A stretch of 64,000 nucleotides of DNA from the human T2T-CHM13v2.0 reference genome, Homo sapiens. The stretch lies in NCBI RefSeq assembly GCF_009914755.1, contig NC_060929.1. One strand, given 5' to 3'. The position numbers and the translations under genes are program-made. Shown one piece after another: positions 28,141-40,725 of this stretch. Every line of letters starts with the position of its first letter. Within the stretch, counting starts at the first letter, position 1. Below the pieces are notes generated by a model that had not been told where the DNA came from, ran no database searches, and saw nothing but the letters and a program-made list of their open reading frames with translations.

Positions 28141-29711
28141 TCAGTTGCATCAACGCTTAAGCCTACAATGAAGAATTACTCAAAGAGAAGAACAATAAAA
28201 AACTCACAGAAAGTGTTCAATAACCTAAAAACAATAATCTTATGTAAAACAAAAATTTTACATAAGAACTCATAACAAAAACTTAAGGGTGTTAGAAGTC
28301 AGAGCATGACGTTAATAATATGATACAGAGTTGAACGTGATAGATCTGGTCAGTATCAAACTCACTGAAGAATGGTCAGAAATTACCTTCACACAAACAG
28401 CAACAGAAAGAAAGATACACGGCTGACAGTTATTAGAGCTCTGAGCATACAGTAAGCATCTGATAAATACTGATGGGCTGGCTATTCAATTACAACTGAC
28501 CCGACAACCTATTCTTGAAGCATTATTTAATTTATACTAGATGTTCTTTTTTGGGGTTTTCAGTTCTAAAATCTCTCTCAAATAACTTTTCCTGCCAAGC
28601 GGTTATTTGAGTTGCGTCGGAAAGCTTTCTTAGTGAATTCTGCACTGAATGGCTCCCCTGGAAGAAGTTTATTACTTTGTCATCTTATTTGTTAGGAAAG
28701 TTGTGATATGACAGAGGGACATAAATAATCCCATTCAATGGGAAAAAGATGCTTTCTGCAAATCCATAGTACTTTTCACATTTCAAACCACTTTCACATT
28801 TATCCAAGTGCTTTGCTATTTTTATAAATGAGCATCTGATGAGGATGAAATGAAAAAAAATTCTCAGCCAACCCTTTCAGCCCTTTCTGAGGAAACTTCT
28901 CACTTCCAGCTCATCGCCACTGTCCGTATTTTGAACCTGTCTTGTCTGCCTTATCCTGAGAAAAATGAAAAGTTCTCAAACCACCCCCACATATTAATTT
29001 GCCATCAACTTTTCCTACTAAGTACTTAAAATTCACTTTCTGCTTGAAATGAAGGGAGAGGCACCTATCTTTTGAGTTCGGCTTGAACAATAAAAATATT
29101 TAGAATAAAAAAACACCAAATAATGACAAGAAGTACAGGCACATAGGCGGGTCACGTCTTTTTTTTCCCTCCTTAAGTGTTACAATGGAACATTTTGACT
29201 TGTTATGAGAGTGGGAATGAGAAAGTGAAATAGACTAGAAACAGACCAATTTCATTTTTCTGTCAGCATCTCATGACAGGCCAAAGATAAACCTCATAAA
29301 CTGTGAAAAATGAACAATTCTTGGTTTTGATAACCTAAGCTGGGATGAGAACCAAGGAATTAATATCTCTGGAACCCAGGAGTTTATCTCCCTTGTTTTT
29401 CAGTGATTAATCTCAAACTAATCCCATTTTTGTCAACAATTTAAACAAGCCAAAAGAAAAGTTTTAGACTCCTGGCTATAGCTCCTCTCTTAGCCTACCC
29501 TTCCTGGTGCCAAGTGAAGTGGTAATTAACCAAAGTCTCCCTCCTTTTTTTTTCCCCTTGACATACAGAATTGCAGGGCAGCAGTACTCCAGAGAAGGGA
29601 GACATTGGTGGGAACTGCAAACGGTAGGTTTTTAGAGTAGGGAGAGGAGGGGACTCAAAAGAGGAATAGGGAGCATGGGGGTATGAAGGTAATTATAGGA
29701 AAAAGCAATGT

Positions 29712-30000
29712 GGCTGGTGTGGTGGTTCACTCCTGTAATCACAGCACTTTGAGAGGCCGAGGCAGGCAGATCACCTGAGGTCAGGAGTTCGGGAACAGCC
29801 TGGTGAACATGGTGAAACCCCATTTCTACTAAAAATAAAAATAAATTAAAAATTAATCAGGCATGGTGGTGTGTGCTTGTACTTCCGGCTACTAGGGAGG
29901 CTAAGGCAGAAGAATCACTTGAACTGGGAGGTGGAGGTTGCAGTGAGCCAGGATGCACTCCACTGCACTCCAGCCTGAGCAACAGAACGAGACTCTGTCT

Positions 30001-30036
<36 letters not shown>

Positions 30037-30042
30037 AAAAAA
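29712..30042 (+). mobile_element. AluS (Sx-like)
   Basis: Full dimer, long A tail, TSD gaaaaagcaatg (29699-29710 / 30043-30054). Confidence 0.96.
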
Positions 30043-30059
30043 GAAAAAGCAATGGGGCA

Positions 30060-30370
30060 TCAATGAGTACAGATGGGGCAGATGGGGAGATTTGGAGCAG
30101 ACAATGAAAAGAATGGTCTGGGAAGTGAAGAGTTTCAGAACTAGGAAATAGTGGAGATGACATCAGGTGGGAGGATGGACTTGCAAACCCAGTTAGAGAG
30201 TGTGGACAGAATGTGATGGCCACAGGGAGCCATTGTGTAGTCTAGAGCAGGAAAGTCACGTGGAGTGAGTGAGTATGGGAATGGCAATGGTGTGCAGGCA
30301 ACCAGTGGAAGAGACTAGAAACAGGGGCTCTAATGTAGAAACATCTCAGTATTTGGGACAAGAGGGGATG
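30060..30370 (-). mobile_element. L2 LINE fragment
   Basis: 'gatggccacagggagccattg...gagcaggaaagtcacgtg' L2-like antisense segment. Confidence 0.55.
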
Positions 30371-30404
30371 AGGACTACATTTTTCCGTGTTTTTCTTCCT
30401 TGAT

Positions 30405-30703
30405 CAAAGTATTTCCCTAACTTTAGCAGTCTCTTCTCACTATTAGCTAATTTTGCCATAGAGGCACAAAACTTGTACTACTGTTTACTTGTTTTACCTT
30501 ATCCATTAATGACTCTTATTTAAACATCTGTTTTATCCTCACCTTGATCTGCAATGTCTGTGAAATTACAAACTTGGTATATTAGTTACATATAGGTTTT
30601 AACTGTATGAAAACAAGTATATGCCTAGTAAAAGAAGAAGTTTGTCTGAATCTTACTTAAAATCATCTCAAACTACCAGTGGGGCACTTATTCTTTGGGG
30701 GAA
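30405..30703 (+). mobile_element. MER113A-like hAT-Charlie element
   Basis: 'attttgccata', 'tgtgaaattacaaacttggtatattagttaca', 'ttaaaatcatctcaaactaccagtgg'. Confidence 0.6.
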
Positions 30704-30718
30704 GGCTGCCTTCGCTCA

Positions 30719-30940
30719 CAGGTTCTTAAGCTTACTGGGGTCATAGATTCCTTTGTTTACCTACTAAATCCATTAGAAAGGATTTGCAAATGGCACTCAT
30801 GATATTACCAGTATGTATCTACATATGTATGCAGTAAAATCTAGTCCTTTTTTCCTAGAATACTCAGTGTGTCTGAGCACGCACAAACAAACTTTGCATA
30901 TCATTTCAAGTTGTCACTATTCCTTGGATTAAAACTCTTT
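30719..30940. mobile_element. hAT-Charlie-like MITE, apparently interrupted by a short insertion (about 30756-30831)
   Basis: 'caggttcttaagcttactggggtcatagattcctttg' ... 'aaactttgcatatcatttca...ggattaaaactc'. Confidence 0.5.
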
Positions 30941-31212
30941 TGACCCATCTGAGGCTTGCAGAATATGGGCCCTAGCTTCTGGGCAGACCAGGGCACTCAG
31001 TACATCTTCCCAAAGCTCATGTGGCCTTGAAGTCCTACTGAGTGTCTGCAGTACCCTCTGTGGGAGTCTGACCCTGCTCAGCTTCTAGAATGTCCTGTGG
31101 TGAATTCCATTGCTAACGTCTCCTCCGATACCCTAGTTCTTTTCAGAGGCTCCTACCAGAAAATTGACACGAGGAAACTCTATGGCATTGGTCTGCAGGG
31201 GCCAGAGTGGCC

Positions 31213-31246
31213 GTGAACACAGATGTGAACACAGACGTGAACACAG
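31213..31246 (+). repeat. 12-bp tandem repeat, about 3 copies
   Basis: gtgaacacagat / gtgaacacagac / gtgaacacag. Confidence 0.95.
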
Positions 31247-32303
31247 GCTCAGGGCAGAAGCTGAAGGAGTGGGCTGTGTATTTGTGCCTAGTCTCCCAGA
31301 CTTTTCTGAGAGAAGAGTTTCGTCTCACCCATGGCCTGCAATTGCCCTGTCAAATCAATTTGGGAGACTATAAAGATATAAGAGCTGAACAGCACCAACA
31401 GGGGACTCTCTTTTTTTCCTTAAGGCTTCTTGCCAGATATAACAAGAATAAATATGAAATGGCTTCATATTCCAAGCATGAACTAATGTTGGGGTTGTGG
31501 CTGATAAGTAAGGAACAGCTAAACAGGCTTTGACATGGTGGCTCTGGAGGGGGCAGCGTTCTCGCTGGAAGTGGGGATGTGGGGATTTATCAGGCCTGTT
31601 GTGGAGTGAGCTGTCTGGAAGAGGTTCCTCTTCCATAAAAAACCCAGGCCCCTGCTGACTGATTCTCACGTTAGGAAAACATTGGTAAATCATCAGCATA
31701 ATCCAAGAATTATTCCCTTCCTCTACTCTGCGCATGAAGGCCCTTCTTTTCTTATCTGTTTTTAATTTTCTTCATGGGTGCTGTTCCTAGTCCATTAATT
31801 GAAAGGACTTTTGGCTAGAAGCCCACGACTGTTTTGGGAAAAAAAAAACACACACACCAAAAAACAGAACAACACGAAACCCGAAGGGCTGATATTCTGT
31901 GCATCTCAGAGAAATAAAAGTGGATGGGAATGGCTCCTTCGGGAGTCCCTGCTGGGTTCGGTTCTGCCATGCCCAGAGGCACAGGTAGGGGGAACTGGCT
32001 GCCTGGACATCTTCCCCCAGCTGGGCTGCCAGGGTAAATCACTGGCTTTCAGAATGTCCTCTGGAGAAAATAAGGTCATTACAAGGCTTTTAAGATCAAC
32101 CATAATAAACTCCCTCCAATTTGTTTTTCTTCAGCTGCTTTTACTGAGCCCTCTGGGCCTTCCTCCAAGCGCTGAGTATGATACTGCTCAGCGTGATGCA
32201 GAGAGGAGAGAAGGGGCTTTGGACTCAGCTCAACAGACCTGAGTGAAAATTCTGCCTCTGCGTCTCCCTAGCTACGTAGCTTTGGGACTACAGGTAACCC
32301 CTC

Positions 32304-33006
32304 TGCTATGAACTGCATGTCTGTGTCCAACTAAAATTCATGTTTGAAAGCCTAACCACCAAGACGATGGTATTTGGAGGTGGAGCCTTTGGGAAGGAAT
32401 TAGGTATAGATGAGGTCATGAAGATGGAATCTTCATGATGGATGAATTCCCTTATAGGAAGGGTCCAGAGAGCTTGTTTTCTCTAGGCCATGTGACGATA
32501 CAGCTAGAAGGCAGCTGCATGCCAGGAAGAAGGCCCTCCCCAGAATCTGATCATGCTGGCACCCTGACCTTGAACCTCCTAGTCTCCAGAACTGTGAAAA
32601 ATAAGTGTCTGCTGTCTAGGCCACCCAGTTTATGGTACAGGCGCACGTTGTTTTATTGAGCTTTCTTCTTTTTTACAAATTGAGGGTTTGTGGCAACCTG
32701 CATCAAGCAAGTCTATTGGTGTCATGTTTTCCAACAGCAGGAATACTTCGTGTTTCTGTGTCCGTATTTTTAAGCAATAAAGTATTTTTTATTAAGTTAT
32801 GCAGATTGTTTTTAAAACATAATGCTGTTACAAAATAGACTATGGAACAGTGTAAGCATAACTTTTATATGAACTGGGAAACTAAAAAATTTGTGTAATT
32901 CACTTTATTGCGATACTCACTTTGTTTGCAGTGGTCTGAAATGGAACCCATAATATCCCCCAGGTAGGCCTATATTCTGTGACAGTAGCCTGAGCTGACT
33001 ACAACA
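32304..33006 (+). mobile_element. MLT1A/MLT1A0 MaLR solo LTR inside a MIR (about 32210-33130)
   Basis: TG...CA ends, 'atggtatttggaggtggagcctttggga', 'catgctggcaccctgaccttg'; TSD ccctc/gcctc. Confidence 0.88.
32638..32972 (+). mobile_element. Internally deleted Tigger1 (Tc1/mariner) retaining both ends
   Basis: 5' 'ttttacaaattgagggtttgtggcaac' and 3' 'cactttattgcgatactcacttt...gcagtggtctg'; TA dinucleotide on each side. Confidence 0.88.
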
Positions 33007-33359
33007 GCCTCTGAGCTTCAGTTTTTGTAAAACAGAGAATCTAACGTCCGCATTATGGAGTGGCTACAAACACTTGAGAGATGATGCATGTAACATGTAT
33101 AGGAGAGTTCCTGGCCCATGGCAAGGTGAACGGTAAACATTATAACCAGTGTGGTTGCTATGATCATCAGCAACACCACCAGCATCTTCCCTGATGACCT
33201 GGGCCAAGGTTGAATGAGAATGGAGACAATACATTCAACTCAGTTTAACACCATTTGGAAAGGATTTGCAAATGACACTCATGATATTACCAGTATGTAT
33301 ATCCCTACTTTCATCTTTCAGCTACATAATCAGGATATAGCAAAGGACACAGCTGTAAT

Positions 33360-33450
33360 ATTCATTCATTCGACAAATATTTACTATGTTCCAGACACTT
33401 TATACTAGAGTTTCAGGTACAGCAGCAAGCAGGGCAGACATCATACTTGC
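33360..33450 (-). mobile_element. L2 3' end
   Basis: 'ttcattcattcgacaaatatttactatgttccagacact'. Confidence 0.7.
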
Positions 33451-33639
33451 CTTGCTGGTGAGTACTTGTGCCTTTGGCACTCTGCGCCTTTGGAGCTCTG
33501 GGGGAAACGCAGCGCAAAAGGCTTCAAAGGCAACCTATGTTATTGCTCAAGGTTGGTGTTGCAAACAAACAGCAGTGCATAGAAGTCAGCAGGGCCATAG
33601 GAACTTCAAGTTTATACTTTCCCCAAAATGCCCATAGAA

Positions 33640-33820
33640 AATTCAACAGGTATTTGCTGTCGAATCTTCAACAGGCAATTCCTCAGTGCCAGGCACTGTG
33701 CTAGGCCCTTGTCCTTGTGGTGGACAAGGCAGGCCCAGTTCCAGCCTTGCAAGGCCTCATAATCTAAGTGAAAGGGGACACAGACAAGAAAAAAATCATC
33801 CTACCAAGTGGTAATGCCTG
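33640..33820 (-). mobile_element. L2 3' end
   Basis: 'attcaacaggtatttgctg...gtgccaggcactgtgctaggc'. Confidence 0.7.
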
Positions 33821-34238
33821 GTCCCCAAGGCCACTGCTGTCTTACTGTAATTCAGGGCCTTGCAGCGTAACTACCAACCAGCCTGGCCATCCTCTGAATT
33901 TGGGTATATGGTAAACCTTAAAGCATTCTCTTCTCTAATCATCTATTTTATTTATAGGATAATACAAAAAGCAAAAAATTAGCTTCTTCACCTAAGAGAT
34001 GCGACAATGAGAGAGTTGGCAGATCTGGATTGTATTCTACTGTCCATATGGCTGGTTCCTTCATCCCTTAACAACACGACTCCCTGTGGAGCCATGAGGA
34101 ATCTACCCCTCCCTTCCCTCTTTCTTCACTATTCCCCAGCCTCCCACATTACACACAAGTTGTGGTCTGGGACCAAGAGGGTTTTGTTTTTTAAACAGTT
34201 AAATCTTCCATTGCAGACCAATTAAAATTTAAAGATTT

Positions 34239-34251
34239 TCTCTCTCTTTCC

Positions 34252-34309
<58 letters not shown>

Positions 34310-34312
34310 ACA
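34239..34312. repeat. Compound (CT)n(CA)n microsatellite
   Basis: CT run directly followed by a CA run. Confidence 0.95.
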
Positions 34313-34638
34313 ACTCTCCAAGCACAAAGAGCTGACAACAACCTAGTGTTTACTATTAGAAACAGGATTTGAAAATTCAAAGAAAGAAAAGTTAATTCTT
34401 CACCTCCATTTGTCTTTTCCTCCCCAAAGTTCCCTAAATGAGAGACTGCTTTACCAGGAAGCCTGAGTGCCTCCCACCCAACCGTTCCTGTTGCTGGACA
34501 TGAGAGTCGAGCCCCTTGGCCTTTTTGCAGAGTGTCTGGATACACATACATGGTGCCTGAGGCATGCCCTGGGCACTTGGTAAGCCAGGCTACTCTCATC
34601 ACGCAGCCCTGCCCACCCCACCCCCCAACTGCAACCTG

Positions 34639-34993
34639 TAATGTGGTTAGGATCCGTGTCCCCACCCAAGTCTCATTTCAAATTGTAATCCCCAGGGGTC
34701 AAGGGAGGGACCTGGTGGGAGGTGACTGGATCATGGGGGCGGTTTACCCCATGCTGTTCTCGTGATAGTGAGTGAGTTCTCACAAAAGCTGATGGTTTTA
34801 TAGGGCAGTTTCCCCTGCTCTTCTCTCTCCTGCCACCTTGTGAAGAAGGTCCCTGCTTCCCCTTCTGCTATGATTGTAAGTTTCCTGAGGCCTCCTCAGC
34901 CATGTGAAACTGTGACTCAAATAAATTTTTTTCCTTTATAAATGACCCAGTCTCAGGTATGTCTTTAAAGCAGTGTGAAAACAGACTAATACA
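34639..34993 (+). mobile_element. THE1D-like MaLR solo LTR
   Basis: Close match to recalled THE1D consensus; ends 'gactaataca'; TSD acctg (34634-34638 / 34994-34998). Confidence 0.93.
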
Positions 34994-36036
34994 ACCTGTA
35001 TACTGCCAAGTCTCAGTATCTTGGATGTTTTCCTAGTCTGTCATCATGACTCATTGACAATTCCAGGGGCTCTGCCCTGATCACCAAGGATGAAGGGGTG
35101 GAACATCAGGCAGTCCCTTTGGACCCAACCTTATTCTACGTGCTTTTTGATCCAAAACGAATAGATGTTAAAATAAGATTAGGTTGAAAGTGTCTAGGAA
35201 TCTCTGGATAGGTAAGTAGTTTGCATGACACATACCTATGTGTGTGTTAAGTGTGTATTTTGGGTGTATAGTCTGCATGTGTTTGCCTACATACACTGCA
35301 GCCTGTCTGCTTCACTGAATATACACTGACTTGCTCTGCTAGAGTTTTAACTATCTTCACTTTCTCCAAGTAGAAAGCCCCTCTTAATAGCGTTTCTTCC
35401 CGAGAGTAATCAGAACTAAAGATGGCCTTTAACTAATGCAGTTATAATGCAGGTACACACATACACACCTTTTGCCTTTTGAAATTGGGCTCCCCATGAC
35501 TTCTCTTGCTGAAGCACTCAGGGCCAAAAAAGTTATCGCTAGATATTAATTTAGACATTAATCTTCCCTGTGAATTTTCCTTTTCCCTGTTGCCTTATAG
35601 GACACCAAACAGAGATCTCCTTGCAAAGCAGCCAGCCTGCCTGGAGGTCTGGTCCTGAGCTTTGTGGAGCCCCATCCCTGGAGAACCGGACACTTTCTTT
35701 TGGTATTACCAGGCAGAGGGCCATTGTTCTGCCATGATGTAAGATAGACTCCCAGCTCTATGTGGCTCTTGGTGAACTAATGATAATTTTATTCTTCTCT
35801 TGGGTAAAGTTCACACAAGGAAAGATGAAGATTAAAGGCAAAAATAAGATCAATTCTTTGCAATGAAAAGAAATCATCTCTGGGAGGATGTGAGTTAGAG
35901 AAAACATTGGGTCTCATAGAAAAGGGATCTCTAGACTCATGAAAAAAAGCAAATGATTCCTGTGGGCAGTCATCTTTGGGTCACCACATAATCTGTGGCC
36001 ATGAAGCTGCAAGGCTGGGAGGAGGCTCCAAGACAA

Positions 36037-36083
36037 GGGCCTGACTTCCCTAGCCATGACGGGCCTGACTTCCCTAGCCATGA
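36037..36083 (+). repeat. 24-bp perfect tandem duplication
   Basis: gggcctgacttccctagccatga(c) twice. Confidence 0.97.
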
Positions 36084-36350
36084 AGAGAAGCACAGGGGTT
36101 TGGAGAAGAGGCCATAGCAATAGCTAGAGCTGGCATCAGGAAGGAGCCAGAGAAATCCACAGACCTCTTGGGCAGGTGGGCCCAGACGAGATAAGACCTG
36201 CAGTCCCGGCTAGCTCCACCTTTCTATTGAGAAAGAGGGGCTCCCGGCTCAGCTACTGACTTCCCTTGTGAGTCTGGATGAGCCACACGGTCTCTCTGTG
36301 TCTCACCATCTGTTTTGTTGTTGCTGCTGCTGTTGTTGTTTTTTTTTAAC

Positions 36351-36434
36351 TTTTTAATAAAAATAGAGACAGGGTCTCCGTATGTTGCCCAGGCTGATCT
36401 CAAACTTCTGGACTCCAGTGATCCTCCTGCCTTG
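36351..36434 (-). mobile_element. FLAM/AluJ left-arm fragment inside a MIR (about 36230-36490)
   Basis: 'tagagacagggtctccgtatgttgcccaggctgatctcaaacttctgg'. Confidence 0.85.
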
Positions 36435-36504
36435 CATCCTCTTTTTCAAATGGAAAGTATTCCTGCCCTTCCTTTGCCTCACAGATAAACTATTCTGAAA
36501 GCAA

Positions 36505-36740
36505 TAATAGCAAACATTCACTAAGCCCTTACTATTTTCCAGGTACTGCAGCAAACACTTGAGCACATTTTCTCACATAACCCCTCCAACTACCTCATGA
36601 TGAATGTATTTATGTGCTGTCATTATTTGCATTGAACTGATGAAGAAACTGGAGTTCAGAGATTAAGTAATTTGTGTGAGGTCACACAGCTGGTCGGGCT
36701 GGGATTTGAACCAAGGCAGCTTGACCTCTCTGCACCCAAG
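36505..36740 (-). mobile_element. MIR SINE
   Basis: 'gatgaagaaactggagttcagagattaagtaattt...ggtcacacagct...gggatttgaaccaaggcag'. Confidence 0.85.
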
Positions 36741-38107
36741 GTAACATTTCAATATGAGCCAAAATTACAATTTTTTTTTAAAAGAGAAACCAGGAAAGGT
36801 TAATTAGGAGGAAGCAATTATCTTAGAGCACAAAGCAAGTGCACATGGTCCTTGAAAGCTATTAAACTAGAAGATGGTTTTCCTCCTCTTGAAACTCCCC
36901 TTCTACATCCATGTCCTCCCCTGCACCTTTAGAGACCAACAACCTGCTAATTCGCTTCTCAGATCCCACATAGCTGTGTCTCTGGGTGACCGTAACTTGG
37001 GTGAGTCAGCAGACAATCTCTGCAAGGCTCTCAGAAAGATGTCATTAGTGAGAAATGATGCCAAATGTCACATGTAGGAGTCTGTTTGCAAACAGGCTCT
37101 TCCCTCCTCGCCGAAAAGCAAGCACGCTGTGTAGTCACCAGCTCTTTCCAGGTCAACTGTCTGCACCAGGCCCCCTGGCCCCACCCAGACACCCATGAAG
37201 AACAAACCTGTAGTAAACCAGGGTTGTCATATTTGGTCTGTCGTTATCACTGAGAGAAGCTACCTTTCCTAAAAGGGGCTTAGGTTACAGATAGTGACAG
37301 CCTCATAGCTGATTAATGCTACATCCTAACGTCATGTTAAGTAGCTGCGTGCCACCAAAACAAGTTCATTGAGCATTCACTGAGCACTTACTTCAGGTAA
37401 GACATCAGACATGATAAAGTATATGCTTATCCCTCCCAGAATTATAAATGTAGGGCGGGAAAGGACTGAGAAAGGAACACTGTAATATAGGGTATAATTA
37501 AATACATGCTAGATGAACATAATTTTAATGATGGCTGGAACATATTTTGAACTATTAATTTATATTTATTTTTCATCTATTTTCTGTTCTTGTTCCTCAA
37601 GCAAGTAGCCAATCAGCCTTGCCTTCACTGCCTCAGGGATGATAACTTGTAAAACAGAAAGGAAAAGTAGCATGCAAGACTCCCTGGCTTTGAAATGCCA
37701 AAAGCTGTTGTCCAGAGGTGAACCAATCGAGTTTTACAGGAGGAAGGAGGCAAACGAGGGTTTGTGGGAAAAAGCATAGCTGGGTGCTTTGCAAAGGGGA
37801 CCTAGTGTCATGAATTTTGTCTGAACAAGACCCTAAAAAAGTGGCGGTGTGGAATGTTTAGGCAAACACAGGACCAGAGGTGATTTGGCAGCAACTTCTC
37901 AGGTACCCAGTGTGACCACAGAGAGTTGCTAGCCCTAACAATGCCAGATGAACAGCGATAAGGGGAAGGGGCAATCCAGAGTTAACTTGCTTGGTTGCTC
38001 CTTTATTTTAATGTTGCCCAAGTCCCTAGAACTATGGCCCAGACTGAGGGTGGAACTGAAGCGATTTTGACCATGGTTTCCTGGATGGTGGCCTGGAAGG
38101 GTAAGGC

Positions 38108-38182
38108 TAAAGTTGCCAGTGAATTACAGGATGCCCTGTACTGGGTGTCCTGTATTTTTATTTGCTAAATCTGGCAGCCCTA
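38108..38182 (+). mobile_element. MER53-like hAT MITE with centre deleted
   Basis: Both termini (taaagttgccag / ctggcagcccta) and 'ctgggtgtcctgtatttttatttgctaaatctggc'. Confidence 0.8.
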
Positions 38183-38300
38183 GATAGATCATGAAACAGA
38201 AATTAAGTTGACAAAATGATGTGGACTAAAACTCATACCTGAGTTTGTAAAACTCAGTCTGTGGAATGAGATTCATCCCTATCAGAAAATAATGCCTTTT

Positions 38301-38703
<403 letters not shown>

Positions 38704-40479
38704 CTAATTATTTCCAGAAAGAAGAGCAGGGCTCAGGGAAGCTAAGCCCACTGAAGACTCTAAGTCTATAAGGGCCGAAGCTATAACCAACACCTGCTTC
38801 AGCCTCCAGTCCAGCTCTGCTCCTGGACCCTGAATTGCTTCTGAGTCCCAGCCTGGCCCAGGCTCCAGCATCCCAGAAATGACATCACCGAGTTCTGTTC
38901 CAAAATGGCTCTTAGAAGCCTTTGTGAACCCTGGAGTTTTTGGCGTGTCCGACTCCACATTACCACTCTCCAGTGTGTAAAAAAGCCAGAACTATGAAAA
39001 GATTTAATTTGGAGAGGTGACCATAGTAAGTCTCCACTGCTTGTGGCTTCTAGGCAAAATTGTAATAGGTCTAGCTACTAAAGCTTTGGTTTATCATCTT
39101 CCAGGCCAGGTGACACCCATCTACAAATAGGAAGATGGCTTCATTCCTCCGCGGCTCAATGAGGACAGTGTGGATTTATGGAGGTGATTTATGGAGAAGA
39201 GAGCCGTGCAAAGAATGAGGCCAGACTATCAGAGGTCCCTTGTAGACCCCCGAGGAGGAAGGCTGAGGAATGCACTGCCCAGCACACTCAAGACAGTCAT
39301 TTGCTGGGGGAGAGGAGGGGCCTGCTCTGTCAGAGCTCAGGGTTTTACACATCCTAAAATCTTTACTTATGGACATCAGGTCAAAGGGAAGGGAAAACAC
39401 TCAACCACACTTGAAAAGTAACCCGATGTTATTGTCAGCAAATGTGCTGCAGCTGTTTTTGCTATTACAAAAGCTGGTACTTTTGTTGTTGTTAAGTATG
39501 AATCTTGTAGGAAATAAAGAGTATGATTCTGGGGAAGCCCCCTGTATAGCACTGCCCACTTTGATAAAAATATCATTTATTCATTCAACATAGGGGACTT
39601 CAAAAACAGAGTAATATTCTTTCTTGCTTTTTTTTTTTTTTTGGTTTAACTAGGTGTTAGAAGGTAGGAACCACTTTTATTGTCATTTTTTATTCTTTAT
39701 AACTTGATATGTTATAAACATTATTTATTATCTACTAAATAGCAAATACAAATGATAACTCTTCATTGTTGATGAAAGCCATTTTTCGGGGGTACAGGAA
39801 AGGGCATCTTATAGATTGGGAGATGAGGATTTTGATGATTGCCTAGAAGACTTTATTTTGTAATAATCCTGAAGCAAAATGGCATGAAGCTCTGCTGACC
39901 TGTGATAACTGTGTGTATTTCCTTCCAGTGTCTCACCAACTGGCAGCCATCCACTTCAGGTGTGCCCGTTGAAGGATGCCACCTCGAAGGAGATGGGACC
40001 AGCCTTGTGTTGGGGTGAGGATTCTGGCCACTTGATCTGGGCAGGAGTGCTCTGCTCAGAGTGCAGTGCTCAATCTTACAAGCCTGGCTCGCCTGAACTG
40101 TGAAAGGTCAGCAGGACTAAGCTGAGCGCCAGGATTCCAACTTCCCTTCTTCTGCCCCAGGTCTGGCAACTTGTAAATGTGGAGGCTCTGCTAAGCACTG
40201 GGATTTTATTAAGGGCCTCGTTAAAATTTACTAGAATCAAATAAAGAAAAGATCCAGCCTTGGAAATCATTCTCCACGCTGTCTCTCCTTCTGACCTCTT
40301 CTCAACCCCCATCCCCCACACCATTTATTCATCCGTGAAACCTTTAACAACTGAACTAATTCTGGAAAGTTGCCCATATCAGATATCTTCAGAAATCACT
40401 TTGGAAAATGCCTTTAGGAAGGTAGGACACCTCTTCCCATTTGTCTTATGATGGCAGGTCCAGAGCTTACATGAAGAGG

Positions 40480-40725
40480 CAGTGAGGCAAAGATGTAAAG
40501 AATATGGACTCTTCAGTCAGACCTGGGATGAACCCCGGCCATTACCTACTCACGGAGGAGCCTGGGCCACTTATCTAACCTCTCTGAGGCTCACTTTCTG
40601 CGTCTATCAAATGAGAATAGCGCTACTATCTGCTGTATGAAACACTGACCGAGTTAAGCAAAATAATGCAGGTTAGCTGCTTAATCCAGTGTCTAGCACA
40701 TAGCAAGTGCCAAAAATGTGAGCGA
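40480..40725 (+). mobile_element. MIR SINE, near full length
   Basis: 'agtcagacctgggatgaaccccggc...taacctctctgaggctcactttc...gtgtctagcacatagcaagtgc'. Confidence 0.85.
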
